A stretch of DNA of 64,000 bases from Planctomycetota bacterium. Its GTDB lineage: Bacteria > Planctomycetota > B15-G4. Below, in pieces: positions 1-9,517 of this stretch. How positions within the stretch are numbered: the first letter of the stretch is position 1; every line of letters starts with the position of its first letter. The notes beneath the pieces are model-generated. The model was not told the origin of the DNA. It saw only the letters and a list, made by a program, of their open reading frames with translations, and ran no database searches. A program made the position numbers and the translations under genes. The stretch covers positions 102,872-166,871 of the forward strand of contig JBBQUR010000011.1 in assembly GCA_038212275.1 (NCBI GenBank). Reading direction: 5' to 3'.

Positions 1-282
1 CATGCCGAGGAAGTTGTCCGCGAGCCAGCCGCCGACGAGCGGCAGCAGCCAGACCATCGACGTGTAGAGCCCGTACACGATCGCGGCGTCGGCCTTGCTG
101 AAGCCGAGGCCTCCGTCCACGACCGCCGCAGTCATGAAGAGCACGAGGATCGCGCGCATCCCGTAGTAGCTGAAGCGCTCCCACATCTCCGTGAAGAAGA
201 GCGTCTTCAGCCCGCGCGGGTGGCCGAAGAAGGCGCGGTCGCCGGAGGGCTGCGGGGATGTCGCGTGGGCGCCGGCCGTCAT
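1..282 (-). CDS. Proton-dependent oligopeptide transporter (POT/PTR, MFS); 5' part only, runs off the window edge
   Basis: Manual minus-strand translation from ATG 282: [46 protein letters not shown]...[10 protein letters not shown], containing the POT ExxERFxYY signature. Not in the ORF track because it is truncated. Confidence 0.93.
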   Translation of the reverse strand, partial: MTAGAHATSPQPSGDRAFFGHPRGLKTLFFTEMWERFSYYGMRAILVLFMTAAVVDGGLGFSKADAAIVYGLYTSMVWLLPLVGGWLADNFLGM

Positions 283-346
283 GGGCGCACAGGCTAGCGG
301 ACCGCACGGGAGCGACCTAGAGGCGTCCCGCGAAGAGGCCTCGGGC

Positions 347-430
347 CGACGCGGCGGTCGACGCGACGCCCGACGCGGCGCCCGACGCGACGCTCGACGC
401 GCAGGGCGACGCGCAGGGCGACACGGACCG
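347..430. repeat. Degenerate 12-bp tandem repeat (CGACGCnnnnnn, about 7 units) in a divergent intergenic region
   Basis: CGAC(G/A)C recurs at 347, 359, 371, 383, 395, 407 and 419. Confidence 0.75.
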
Positions 431-596
431 GGGCGCGTGTCGTGCGGGGCCTTCTGCCGGTCGCTCGCGGCCACGGTGGCGAGGTGAAGGCGATGGTCGC
501 CGCATGGCCGCGGCGCCGGAAGTGCAGCTGGTTTTCCGCGGGCGCCAAGCGACCATGACCGCCCGCTGTCTCACGCCCTCCGCCCGGAGTACCGGC

Positions 597-2861
597 ATGG
601 CCACCGCCCGACTGCTGCCCCTCGCCTTCCTGTTGCTGCCCGGCGCGCTTGCCACGGCCGACGACGCGCCGTTCCTCGGCTTCAGCGAGCAGGGCGCCGC
701 GGCCGAGCGCGCGCTCGAGTCGCGCTTCGACGCGCTGCTCGTGGCGGACAACCTGCGCACGTGGATGGCGGAGCTGGCGGCGCGGCCGCATCACGTCGGC
801 TCCGCGTGGGGCCAGCACAACGCCGAGTTCCTCGCGGGGCTCTTCCGCTCCTTCGGCTACGACACGCGCATCGAGGAATTCCAGGTGCTCTTTCCGACGC
901 CGATCACGCGCTCGCTCGAGCTGCTCGGCCCCCATCCCTTCCGCGCCGCGCTCGCCGAGCCGCCGCTCGCGAGCGACGCGACGTCCTCGCAGACCGCGGA
1001 GCAGCTGCCGGTCTACAACGCCTACTCCATCGACGGCGACGTCACCGGAGAGCTCGTCTACGTGAATCACGGCGTGCCCGACGACTACAAGGAGCTCGCA
1101 CTGCGCGGCATCGACGTGCGCGGCAGGATCGTCATCGCGCGCTACGGCGGCGCGTGGCGCGGCATCAAGCCCAAGGTGGCGGCCGAGCACGGCGCGATCG
1201 GCTGCCTGATCTATTCCGACCCGCACGACGACGGCTACTTCCAGGGCGACGCGTGGCCCGACGGCGGCTGGCGTCCGGCCGACGGTGCGCAGCGCGGCTC
1301 CGTGGCCGACATGCCGCTCTATCCCGGCGATCCGCTCACGCCGTCGCGCGGCTCCACGCCCGACGCGGAGCGCCTGCCGGTCCGCGGCGCGCCAACGCTC
1401 ACCACCATTCCCGTGCTGCCGATCTCGTACGGCGACGCGCAGCCGCTGCTCGCCGCGCTGGACGGACCGATGGCGCCCGAGGCCTGGCGCGGTGCGCTCC
1501 CGATTCCCTATCGCCTCGGCCCCAGCCACGCGCAGGCGCATCTCGCGCTCGCCTTCGACTGGTCGCAGAAGACGATCCGCGACGTGATCGCGGTGCTGCC
1601 CGGCTCGGAGCTTCCGGACGAATGGATCCTGCGCGGCAATCATCACGACGCCTGGGTGAACGGCGCGACCGATCCGGTCAGCGGCCTGGTCTCGATGCTG
1701 GAGGAGGCGCGCGTCATCGGCCAGCTCGCGAAGGACGGCTCGCGGCCGAGGCGCACGATCGTCTACGCAGCGTGGGATGGTGAGGAGCCGGGCCTGCTCG
1801 GCTCGACCGAGTGGGTCGAGACGCACGCGGCCGAGCTGGGCGCCAAGGCCGTGGCCTACATCAATTCCGACACCAACAGCCGCGGCTTCCTGGACGCGGG
1901 CGGCTCGCACAGCCTGGAGCAGCTGGTCAACGAAGTCGCGCGCGACGTCGAAGATCCCGAGCGAGGCGTCAGCGTGCAGGAGCGCCTGCGCGCGCTGCGG
2001 ATCACGCGCGCCGCGAGCGACGAGGAACGCCGCTCGGTCCGCGAGCGCGGCAACCTGCGCATCGACGCGCTCGGCTCGGGATCGGACTATTCGCCCTTCC
2101 TGCAGCATCTGGGAATCGCCGCGCTCAACGTGAGCTACGGCGGCGAAGAGGACTACGGCCAGTACCACTCGATCTACGACAGCGTCGATCACTTCGCGCG
2201 CTTCATGGACCCCGGCTTCGTCTACGGCCTCGTGCAGGCGAAGACGATGGGCCGGCTGGTGCTGCGCCTGGCGAACGCCGAGGTGCTGCCCTTCGACTTC
2301 AACGCCGTGGCCGACACGGTGTCGACGTACGTCGACGAGCTGATGGCTCTCACCGACGAGCTGCGCCGGAGCACCGACGAGCACAACCGCTGCCTGCGCG
2401 ACAACACGCTGCTCGTGGCGGCAGATGCGCGCGAGACCTTCGTGGCACCGGCCCCCGAAGCGGCCGTGCCCTTCCACAACTTCGCGCCGCTGCAGAACGC
2501 GGTGGCGAAGCTGCGCGAGAGTGTCGCGGCGCACGAAGCGGCGCTGAACGAGCTGCAGGCGAGCGGCCGCACGCTGAGCGCGGAGCAGCGCCGCGCGCTC
2601 GACGAGGTCCTGATGCACGCCGAGCAGAGCTTCACGCGCCCCGAGGGACTGCCGCGCCGGCCGTGGTACGTGCACCAGCTCTACGCGCCCGGCTGGTACA
2701 CGGGCTACGGGGTCAAGACGCTGCCCGCCGTGCGCGAGGCCATCGAAGAGCGGCACGACGACGAAGCCGAAGCGCAGATCCCCCTTGCGGCCCGGTCCAT
2801 CGAGGCCTACGCCGCAGGCGTCGCGCGCGCCACGGCCATCGTCACGGGCGGATCGCCCTGA
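597..2861 (+). CDS. Secreted M28 family peptidase (glutamate carboxypeptidase II / transferrin-receptor-like, PA domain)
   Basis: Signal peptide MATARLLPLAFLLLPGALATA; motifs GNHHDAW, GATDPVSG, WDGEEPGLLGS, GSGSDY, YHSIYD; C-terminal RPWYVHQLYAPG dimerisation-type region. Start chosen at ATG 597. Confidence 0.92.
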   Translation: MATARLLPLAFLLLPGALATADDAPFLGFSEQGAAAERALESRFDALLVADNLRTWMAELAARPHHVGSAWGQHNAEFLAGLFRSFGYDTRIEEFQVLFPTPITRSLELLGPHPFRAALAEPPLASDATSSQTAEQLPVYNAYSIDGDVTGELVYVNHGVPDDYKELALRGIDVRGRIVIARYGGAWRGIKPKVAAEHGAIGCLIYSDPHDDGYFQGDAWPDGGWRPADGAQRGSVADMPLYPGDPLTPSRGSTPDAERLPVRGAPTLTTIPVLPISYGDAQPLLAALDGPMAPEAWRGALPIPYRLGPSHAQAHLALAFDWSQKTIRDVIAVLPGSELPDEWILRGNHHDAWVNGATDPVSGLVSMLEEARVIGQLAKDGSRPRRTIVYAAWDGEEPGLLGSTEWVETHAAELGAKAVAYINSDTNSRGFLDAGGSHSLEQLVNEVARDVEDPERGVSVQERLRALRITRAASDEERRSVRERGNLRIDALGSGSDYSPFLQHLGIAALNVSYGGEEDYGQYHSIYDSVDHFARFMDPGFVYGLVQAKTMGRLVLRLANAEVLPFDFNAVADTVSTYVDELMALTDELRRSTDEHNRCLRDNTLLVAADARETFVAPAPEAAVPFHNFAPLQNAVAKLRESVAAHEAALNELQASGRTLSAEQRRALDEVLMHAEQSFTRPEGLPRRPWYVHQLYAPGWYTGYGVKTLPAVREAIEERHDDEAEAQIPLAARSIEAYAAGVARATAIVTGGSP

Positions 2862-2890
2862 CGGCGCGGCCCGGGGGACGGCCGGCCGCG

Positions 2891-2950
2891 CGCCCGGCGC
2901 CCGGCGCCCTGCGCCCCACGGGCGACGGGCGACGGGCGACGGGCGACGGG
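2891..2950. terminator. Short tandem repeats (CGCCCGG)n followed by (ACGGGCG)n that can pair; probable bidirectional terminator hairpin
   Basis: Lies between convergent stops at 2861 and 2988; CGCCCG and CGGGCG are reverse complements. No U-tract. Confidence 0.45.
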
Positions 2951-2987
2951 AACCGCGATGGCAAGGGCGACAGCGACGGCGACGTGA

Positions 2988-3962
2988 TCAACGAGCCAGA
3001 TACGTCTCCGCCTTCACGCCGAGCCGTTCGCACAGTTCGCGGAACACGGCCTGTCGCTCGCGCGGCTCGTCGGTGTGAAAGCGGAGGAAGAACGGGCGCT
3101 GCTCCCAGTCGAAGGGCTCGTCGGCCTTGCCATGCAGAAAAGTCAGCATCGCGGCGCAGTGCACGGCGACGTCGCCGCCCCGCTGCAGCGCTCCGCGGAA
3201 CAGCGCGTCGAGCACCGGCTGCGGATGGAAGTCCGGCAACTCGTCGAGAGCCTGGGACAGGCCGCCGAAGAACTCCGCGGTCTGCAGCGCCTCGACGAGG
3301 GTGCCGACGCGCTGTTCGTGCGAGGCCACGCCCGGCGCGTGTCGGATGACCGCGAGCCGGAGCGCCAGGCTGCTGCTCTGCATCGCAGCCTGCAGCAGCT
3401 CGCGCGCGGCGGGAGTCTCCAGCGCAGCGAGCGCCTCGACGTCACGCCAGCCGGAGACACCGCGGGCCACGAGAAGGCTCTCGAGCTGCCGGCGTTCCGC
3501 GGGCGTGGCGGACGTGAGCGCAGAGAGGTCGTAGCCGGTGCCGTCGTGCCACGCGTCGAAGTCGATGACCATGCTCTCGCGGAAGCGGTGCACGGCCTCG
3601 GAGCCGCCCGGCACTCCGCCGGCAGCAGGCGCACGGTCCGCAGGCGGCGCTGGCTCCGGCTCCGGAGGATGGGGCGGCTCGAGGATGAAGTGGAAGCGGC
3701 GCTCGTCGTGAAACTCGCCGGAGTACAGCGCGCCGTTGCGATCGTAGAAGGAGATGCCGTCGCCGTCCGCGCGGGGCCGCGTGGACACCGGCCGCGCGAG
3801 CTTCACGTACACGCCGACCGGCGGCGCGGGAAACGAGCTGCCCACTTCGACGATGCCGTTGCCCGCCGCAAGTTCCGCCTCGAGCAGGGCGCGCAGCGGC
3901 GCGGGAAGTCCGGCGAGCCTCGCGACGTGCTCGTCCGGGATGCGGCTTCCCGGGGGACTCAT
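2988..3962 (-). CDS. Hypothetical two-domain protein with helical (HEAT-like) C-terminal half
   Basis: Coding-like part of ORF 2988..5447 starting MSPPGSRIPDE; ATG 3962 overlaps the upstream stop (ATGA); Pro-rich linker between the two domains. Confidence 0.75.
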   Translation of the reverse strand: MSPPGSRIPDEHVARLAGLPAPLRALLEAELAAGNGIVEVGSSFPAPPVGVYVKLARPVSTRPRADGDGISFYDRNGALYSGEFHDERRFHFILEPPHPPEPEPAPPADRAPAAGGVPGGSEAVHRFRESMVIDFDAWHDGTGYDLSALTSATPAERRQLESLLVARGVSGWRDVEALAALETPAARELLQAAMQSSSLALRLAVIRHAPGVASHEQRVGTLVEALQTAEFFGGLSQALDELPDFHPQPVLDALFRGALQRGGDVAVHCAAMLTFLHGKADEPFDWEQRPFFLRFHTDEPRERQAVFRELCERLGVKAETYLAR

Positions 3963-5278
3963 CGCGGCGGCGGGTCGCCCGGCAGCGGCGCAAGGCCCGT
4001 CCACTCGGACATCCAGTAGCTGGCGACGCGCAGCACGCTGCCGCGGATGCTCATGCTGTCCGGCCGCTCGCGCGACAGCTTCAGGATCTCCAGCAGCTCG
4101 GGCGTGAAGTCGCCGCCGCAGCTCTCGCGCAGCGTGCGCACGGCTTCCATCCATGAGCTGAAGCGGCTCGCGACGTCGGCAGCGCCGCCGTAGCCGGGAT
4201 CGGCCTCGGCGCTCGTGCCGTTCACGCGATGAAGCCGCACGGCGAGGTCGCGCCCCACCGCGGCCACCGGCGGCACGAGGCTGTCCGGCGGCGCGGGCAG
4301 GCGAGGGATGAGCCGCAGCGCTTCCGCCGCGACGTCCGTGTCGGGCGACGTGATCAGCGCGGTCATCTCCGCGACGAAACTGCCGCGCGACATCATCTGC
4401 GTGATGGCCCCGGCCTGGTGCTCCTCGGACGCGCCGTAGCGCGTCCATGGCAGCCAGTCCGCGACCGTCGCGCCCGGATCCATCGCGTCGAAGCGGGCCT
4501 GCTCCGCCTCGACTTCCTCGGCGGCCAGCTCCTCGGGCGTCGGCCCGGGCGGCGGCGGTTCGATCGGCGACACGCGGAAGCGGAAGGAGGGCTTGCTGTC
4601 GGGCCAGGGAGGTTGCGAAGCAGGCGGTCGCGGCCCCCACTCGCTCCACTCCAGAAACTCCCGGCCCGGCCGCGCGGGCAGCGGCACGAGGAAACCCTGG
4701 ACAGGTTCGCCGTTGAGCTGGATGTCCAGGGCGCGCAGCCCGCGACTCGTGTCGACATGCACCGAACCGGGGACGACCCAGCGGCCGCCTTGCAGCCGCG
4801 CGTCGGCAGGACGCAGCTCGCCGCGCACGACGTTGCGTTGCACGTGATTCGCGACCGAGGCCAGGCCGAGGAAGGACTCGCCCGAGCCCCGCGCGGGTGA
4901 CGCCTTCACATCCACCGGCAGCATGAGCTCCACCTCGAGCATCAGCTCCCTGCCGCCGATCCTGGGAGGAATGTCCGCCAGCGCCCACGCGATGACGGCC
5001 GCCAGCCCGGCGATGGCAAGGACGAGCGCCCACGCGACGCCGAGAGCTTTCAGGAAACCCGGCCCGCCCTCGCCCGTGAGCATCCGCGCGACGACGAAGC
5101 CGAGGATCGCCCCGGCCACGCCCCCGAGCAGCGCCACGGCGACGACCGCGTAACCGGAGCCGCCCTCGAAGCCGGAGATGCGATACCACCGGACGCAGGC
5201 GTTCATGACGAGTCCGCCGGCGACCAGTCCCAGCACGCCGCTGAGCAGTGCAACCATGGTGGAAAGTGGCCAGCTCAT
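3959..5278 (-). CDS. Hypothetical membrane protein (3 N-terminal TM helices plus a soluble domain)
   Basis: Coding-like part of ORF 3959..6304 from MSWPLSTMVALL; three hydrophobic segments followed by a soluble domain. Confidence 0.75.
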   Translation of the reverse strand: MSWPLSTMVALLSGVLGLVAGGLVMNACVRWYRISGFEGGSGYAVVAVALLGGVAGAILGFVVARMLTGEGGPGFLKALGVAWALVLAIAGLAAVIAWALADIPPRIGGRELMLEVELMLPVDVKASPARGSGESFLGLASVANHVQRNVVRGELRPADARLQGGRWVVPGSVHVDTSRGLRALDIQLNGEPVQGFLVPLPARPGREFLEWSEWGPRPPASQPPWPDSKPSFRFRVSPIEPPPPGPTPEELAAEEVEAEQARFDAMDPGATVADWLPWTRYGASEEHQAGAITQMMSRGSFVAEMTALITSPDTDVAAEALRLIPRLPAPPDSLVPPVAAVGRDLAVRLHRVNGTSAEADPGYGGAADVASRFSSWMEAVRTLRESCGGDFTPELLEILKLSRERPDSMSIRGSVLRVASYWMSEWTGLAPLPGDPPPR

Positions 5279-5321
5279 GGGCGCTCGTACACCGTGAGGA
5301 GAGTAGGCGAGTCGCGGGCGA

Positions 5322-5361
5322 CCGTGCGGCCGTGCGGCCGTGCGGCCGTGCGGCCGTGCGG
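5322..5361. repeat. Perfect 8-bp tandem repeat (CCGTGCGG)5 in a divergent promoter region
   Basis: Five exact copies read directly from the sequence. Confidence 0.95.
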
Positions 5362-5533
5362 CGAAGTGTATCGAGCCGTGAGCGGCGCCGACATCCCGGC
5401 GCGGGCCGGGCGCGCAGCTTCCGATGCCCACCCGCCAGCCACCGCAACGCGCCGCGTCGCGACGGGCTCCGCGCGGCCGCAGCGCCCGGGCCTTCGTGTC
5501 GGTTACCGTACTGCCCTCGACAAGGAGGCCCCC

Positions 5534-6352
5534 ATGCTGTCGCTCGTTCTGCTGCATCGGCTCACCGCTCCGGCGACTGCCGCGGCGCTGACCGCATTCA
5601 TCGTGTTCTTCGCGCTGCCGACGAAGCAGTCCGCTCCGGCGTCCGGAGCTGCAGACGCCAGGCCCGCCGCAGCGAAGGGCACGGTCCTCGTCACCGGAGC
5701 CAACCGCGGCCTCGGGCTCGAGTTCGCGCGGCAGTACCACGCCGCGGGCTGGACCGTTGTCGGCACGGCGCGCGATCCCGGTGCAGCCACCGAGCTGAGC
5801 GCGCTCGGAGTGCGCGTCGAGGCGCTCGACGTCACCGACGGCGCAAGCGTCGCCGCACTCGTGCAGCGGCTCGGGGGCCTGCCGATCGACCTCCTCATCA
5901 ACAACGCGGGTGTCGGCATTGCGGAGCAGAAGCCGTTGCAGGACGTGTCGCTCGACGACTACGAGCACGTGCTCCGCGTGAATGCGATCGGCCCCGTGCG
6001 CGTCACGCAGGCCCTGCTGCCCAACCTGCGCGCCGGCGCCGGCAAGCGCGTGGTCTCCATCTCCAGCGGCCTCGGCAGCATCGCCGGCAACACGAGCGGC
6101 GGTTACTGGGCCTATCGCGAGAGCAAGGCCGCGCTCGACATGTTCATGCGCAACCTGTCCGTGGAACTCGCGCCCGAGGGCTTCACCTGCATCGCGATGA
6201 GCCCCGGCTGGGTGAAGACCGACATGGGCGGTCCGGACGCGACCCTGACGCCCGAGCAGAGCATCACCGGCATGCGCAAGGTCATCGACGGCCTCACGCC
6301 GCACGACACCGGCAGCTTCTTCAAGTACGACGGGTCGACCGTCGCCTGGTGA
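5534..6352 (+). CDS. Short-chain dehydrogenase/reductase (CsgA/C-factor-like) with N-terminal hydrophobic segment
   Basis: TGANRGLG NAD(P) motif, INNAG, YRESK (YxxxK), SPGWVKTDMGG; AAGGAGG RBS before ATG 5534. Confidence 0.9.
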   Translation: MLSLVLLHRLTAPATAAALTAFIVFFALPTKQSAPASGAADARPAAAKGTVLVTGANRGLGLEFARQYHAAGWTVVGTARDPGAATELSALGVRVEALDVTDGASVAALVQRLGGLPIDLLINNAGVGIAEQKPLQDVSLDDYEHVLRVNAIGPVRVTQALLPNLRAGAGKRVVSISSGLGSIAGNTSGGYWAYRESKAALDMFMRNLSVELAPEGFTCIAMSPGWVKTDMGGPDATLTPEQSITGMRKVIDGLTPHDTGSFFKYDGSTVAW

Positions 6353-6435
6353 GACTGCGTGGCGGCCGCAGCCGACGATCGAAGTTCAGCAAGGAGCCTG
6401 CGCGCACTCCCCGTTCCCCCAAGGATGCATCGCCC

Positions 6436-6921
6436 ATGAAGAAGCCCGTCCTCGCACTCCTGCTGGCTCTGCTTCCCGCGCTGTCGATCGGCTGCGCCGG
6501 TCCGCGCTCCTCCGGCCCCGCCACGCCCGAGCAGGCCGCCGTGATGGTGTGCGTGTACAAGTTCGTCGGCGCCTTCAACGTGGGCAACACGGCGCAGGCC
6601 ACCGCGGCCTGCATGAACGAGATGTCCATCATCGACGAGTTCCCGCCCTACGAGTGGCACGGCCCGGGCGCGCTCTCTACCTGGCTCGCCGACTACGCCA
6701 CCGATGCGAAGCAGCGTGGCCTCAGCGACGGGATCGTCGTCGTCGGCACGCCGCGACACATCGACGTCTCGGCCGACCGCGCCTACGTCGTCGCGCCGGC
6801 GGAATACGCCTTCCTGCTGCAGGGCAAGCCCGTGCAGGAAACGGACTCGACCTTCCTGTTCACCTTGCAGAAGACGGCTGCCGGCTGGCGGATCACCGGC
6901 TGGGCCTGGGCGAAGTCCTAG
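6436..6921 (+). CDS. NTF2/SnoaL-like lipoprotein
   Basis: MKKPVLALLLALLPALSIGC lipobox-type signal; IIDEFPPYEWHG; C-terminal GWRITGWAW strand typical of NTF2-like folds. Confidence 0.75.
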   Translation: MKKPVLALLLALLPALSIGCAGPRSSGPATPEQAAVMVCVYKFVGAFNVGNTAQATAACMNEMSIIDEFPPYEWHGPGALSTWLADYATDAKQRGLSDGIVVVGTPRHIDVSADRAYVVAPAEYAFLLQGKPVQETDSTFLFTLQKTAAGWRITGWAWAKS

Positions 6922-7985
6922 ACGCCGTGCGCGATGACCGTGTCGGGCGCCACCTCGTGCGCGGCCTGCACGAACGCTGCCACGGCTGACGGATCCGTCT
7001 CCTTGGGCACGCCGTGCCCGAGCGACAGGATGTAGCCGGGCCGCCCCGCCGCGGTGGCGACCAGCGCGCGAGCGCGGGAGAGCACATCCCCGCTCGGGCA
7101 GAGCAGCGCGGACGGATCCATGTTGCCCTGGATCGCGACGCGATGGCCGTGCTTGCGCATCGCGGCGTCGAGGTCCGTGCGCCAGTCGAGCGCGACGCCC
7201 TCCACGCCGAGGTCCACGAGATCATCGAGCAGGTGCGTCCCGTCGCGGATGAAACCGATGCGCGGCGCGAGGCCCGAGACCGGCTGCAGCGCGCGGCGGC
7301 TCCACGGCGCGGCGAAGCGCAGGTAGTCGTCGCGCGCGAGGCCACCGGCCCACGTGTCGAAGAGCACGACCGCCTGCGCGCCGCACTCGACCTGATAGCG
7401 GAGATGCCAGCCCACCAGGATGGCCAGCTTGTCCATGAGCTTCTCGAAGAGCGCCGTCTCCCGGTACATGAGCTGGCGCAGCGCCGCATGCGCGCTGCTG
7501 CCGCCGCCCTCCACCGCGTAGCAGGCCAGCGTGAACGGCGCGCCGCAGAAGCCGAGGAGCGTGGTGGCCTGGGTCAGCCCCGCGCGCGTGAGCTTCAGCG
7601 CCTCGCCGACGTACGGCATCGTCCCGGCGGGATCCGCAAGCGTGAGCGCTTCGATGTCGGCGGCCGTGCGCAGCGGCTTCGGGAGCACGGGGCCGTGGCC
7701 CTCGTCGAAGCGCAGCTCCATGCCCATCGCCGCGAGCGGCAGCAGGATGTCGCTGAAGAGGATGGCCGCGTCGACGCCGAAGCGCCGCACCGGCTGCAGC
7801 GTGACCTCCGCGGCGAGCGCGGGATCGCGCGCCATCGCGAGGAAGCCGCCCGCCTTCCGGCGCACGGCCTGATACTCCGGCAGGTAGCGACCGGCCTGGC
7901 GCATGAGCCATACGGGCGGCCGCGGCGTGGGCTGGCGGCGGAGTGCGGTCAGGAGCAGCGGCGACGACGACACGGAGGTGGTCAT
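6918..7985 (-). CDS. hemE: Uroporphyrinogen decarboxylase
   Basis: PVWLMRQAGRYLPEY, DAAILFSDIL, GFCGAPFTLACY, IQGNMDP, LGHGV. Confidence 0.97.
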   Translation of the reverse strand: MTTSVSSSPLLLTALRRQPTPRPPVWLMRQAGRYLPEYQAVRRKAGGFLAMARDPALAAEVTLQPVRRFGVDAAILFSDILLPLAAMGMELRFDEGHGPVLPKPLRTAADIEALTLADPAGTMPYVGEALKLTRAGLTQATTLLGFCGAPFTLACYAVEGGGSSAHAALRQLMYRETALFEKLMDKLAILVGWHLRYQVECGAQAVVLFDTWAGGLARDDYLRFAAPWSRRALQPVSGLAPRIGFIRDGTHLLDDLVDLGVEGVALDWRTDLDAAMRKHGHRVAIQGNMDPSALLCPSGDVLSRARALVATAAGRPGYILSLGHGVPKETDPSAVAAFVQAAHEVAPDTVIAHGV

Positions 7986-8030
7986 GGTCGCCCACGATAA
8001 CGTCCGGCGCCCCATCGCCGACGTGCCGCG

Positions 8031-9395
8031 TCAGCGCGTCCCGGGCTGCAGCTGATCGAGGACGCTGCGCAGGCTGACCAGCGAAGCCTCTGCGTCGTCG
8101 CCGAGCTCCCCGTCGTTCAGGAGATTCAGCCGTTCGAAGGGATCCTGCTCGAGATCGAAGAGCGCCTCGAAGGTCACCGCATTGCCGTCCACGCCACGGG
8201 CCGTGACGAGCTTGAAGCGTGCGTCGCGCGTCGTGCGGCGCCAGTCCGTTTTCGGCCCCGGGCCATTGGGCTTGAAGATGTCCGCGTAAATCCAGCTCCG
8301 GATCGACGGAAGCTCGGGATGGCTGAGGTAGGGCACGATGCTCACGGAATCCTTCGCGGCGCCCGGCTGGCCCGCGAGTTGCAGGATGGTCGCGAAGAGG
8401 TCCGTGGTGTTCACGAGCGCGGCGGATTCCGCGCCGGCGACGACGCCCGGTCCGGAGACGATGAGCGGCACGCGGACCCCTCCCTCGAAGATCGTGCCCT
8501 TGGCATGCGGGACGAAGAAGGGCGGCGTGGTCGCCTTCGGGTCGGTGCCGTTGTCCCCGACGAAGATGATCACGGTCCGGGCGCGCTCCTCGGGCGAGAG
8601 GCTGGCGAGCAGTCGCCCGAACTCCGTGTCCATGGCCTCGGTCATGGCCTTCATGTGGATCGGAATGTTGTCGGCGACACTCTCGGGCAACTCGAAGCTG
8701 TGCAGATTCGCGGGCGGCTTGTGATACGGCGTATGCGGCGCGTTGAAGGCCACGTACAGGAACCACGGCTCGGGCATGGCGCCCAGCAGTTCGATCGCGT
8801 CGTTCACGGTGGAGGTCGTGGCGTAGGTGGTGCAGTGCGCGGTCTTGCCGTCCACGGTGCGATCCCAGTTCGAGTATGCGTTGCTGACGACACCCGGAAA
8901 GGCCTGCATCGAGCCGCGGAAGTGCTCGAAGCCGCAGAGTTGCGGGTGATGCGTCCCGGTGCCGTGCGCGGCGGACAGGTGCCACTTGCCGGCGGCGGCG
9001 GTGGAGTAGACGGGCCGCAGCAGCCGGGGCAGCATCGGCAGCGAGCGCGGCAGCTCGGCGGTGTCTTTCCCGTAGTTGATGATCGTGCCGAGACCGGTGC
9101 GGAAGGAATACTGGCCGGTCATCAGCGTGGCGCGCGTCGGCGAGCAGAGCGGCTCGCTCCACGCATGGCGGAAGAGCAGGCCCTTCGCGGCGAGACTGTC
9201 GATCACGGGCGTGTGCCCCGGATCCGGGTGCTCGCGATAGCAGGCCACGCGGTCCACGCCGAGATCGTCGGCGACGACGAGCAGCACGTTGGGCCGCGAA
9301 GCAGCGGGAGGCCGGTCCGTCGTGCCGGCGAGCGCGAGCGGCGCGCCGAGAAGCATGCCGACAAGCAGCGTGGCAAGTCGGATTCGCATGGACAT
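8031..9395 (-). CDS. Secreted Cys-type sulfatase
   Basis: Signal peptide; PNVLLVVADDLG; canonical CSPTRATLMTG (CxPxR); GKWHL; APHTP; GDNG. Start is ATG 9395 or 9389. Confidence 0.9.
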   Translation of the reverse strand: MSMRIRLATLLVGMLLGAPLALAGTTDRPPAASRPNVLLVVADDLGVDRVACYREHPDPGHTPVIDSLAAKGLLFRHAWSEPLCSPTRATLMTGQYSFRTGLGTIINYGKDTAELPRSLPMLPRLLRPVYSTAAAGKWHLSAAHGTGTHHPQLCGFEHFRGSMQAFPGVVSNAYSNWDRTVDGKTAHCTTYATTSTVNDAIELLGAMPEPWFLYVAFNAPHTPYHKPPANLHSFELPESVADNIPIHMKAMTEAMDTEFGRLLASLSPEERARTVIIFVGDNGTDPKATTPPFFVPHAKGTIFEGGVRVPLIVSGPGVVAGAESAALVNTTDLFATILQLAGQPGAAKDSVSIVPYLSHPELPSIRSWIYADIFKPNGPGPKTDWRRTTRDARFKLVTARGVDGNAVTFEALFDLEQDPFERLNLLNDGELGDDAEASLVSLRSVLDQLQPGTR

Positions 9396-9517
9396 CCCCA
9401 GGAGTGGCTGGCGGCACGAGGACGTGCGGGTCGCGTGTCGACAAGAAGCTAACGCCCCAAGACTATCGAAGTTGCGGGGGGACGCGTCGCTGCAACACCG
9501 CTGATATGCTCTGCGAG

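Noticed and set aside
347..430. Short repeat arrays (also 5322-5361 and 28507-28582) as a possible CRISPR
   Set aside because: Units are 7-12 bp with no unique spacers, and there are no cas genes in the window.
294..2756. Very long antisense and alternate-frame ORFs here and throughout (e.g. 18971..21598, 30191..32134, 45418..47463, 58699..60567)
   Set aside because: Shadow ORFs expected in high-GC DNA. They overlap motif-bearing genes, are Arg/Ala/Gly-rich and contain no family motifs.
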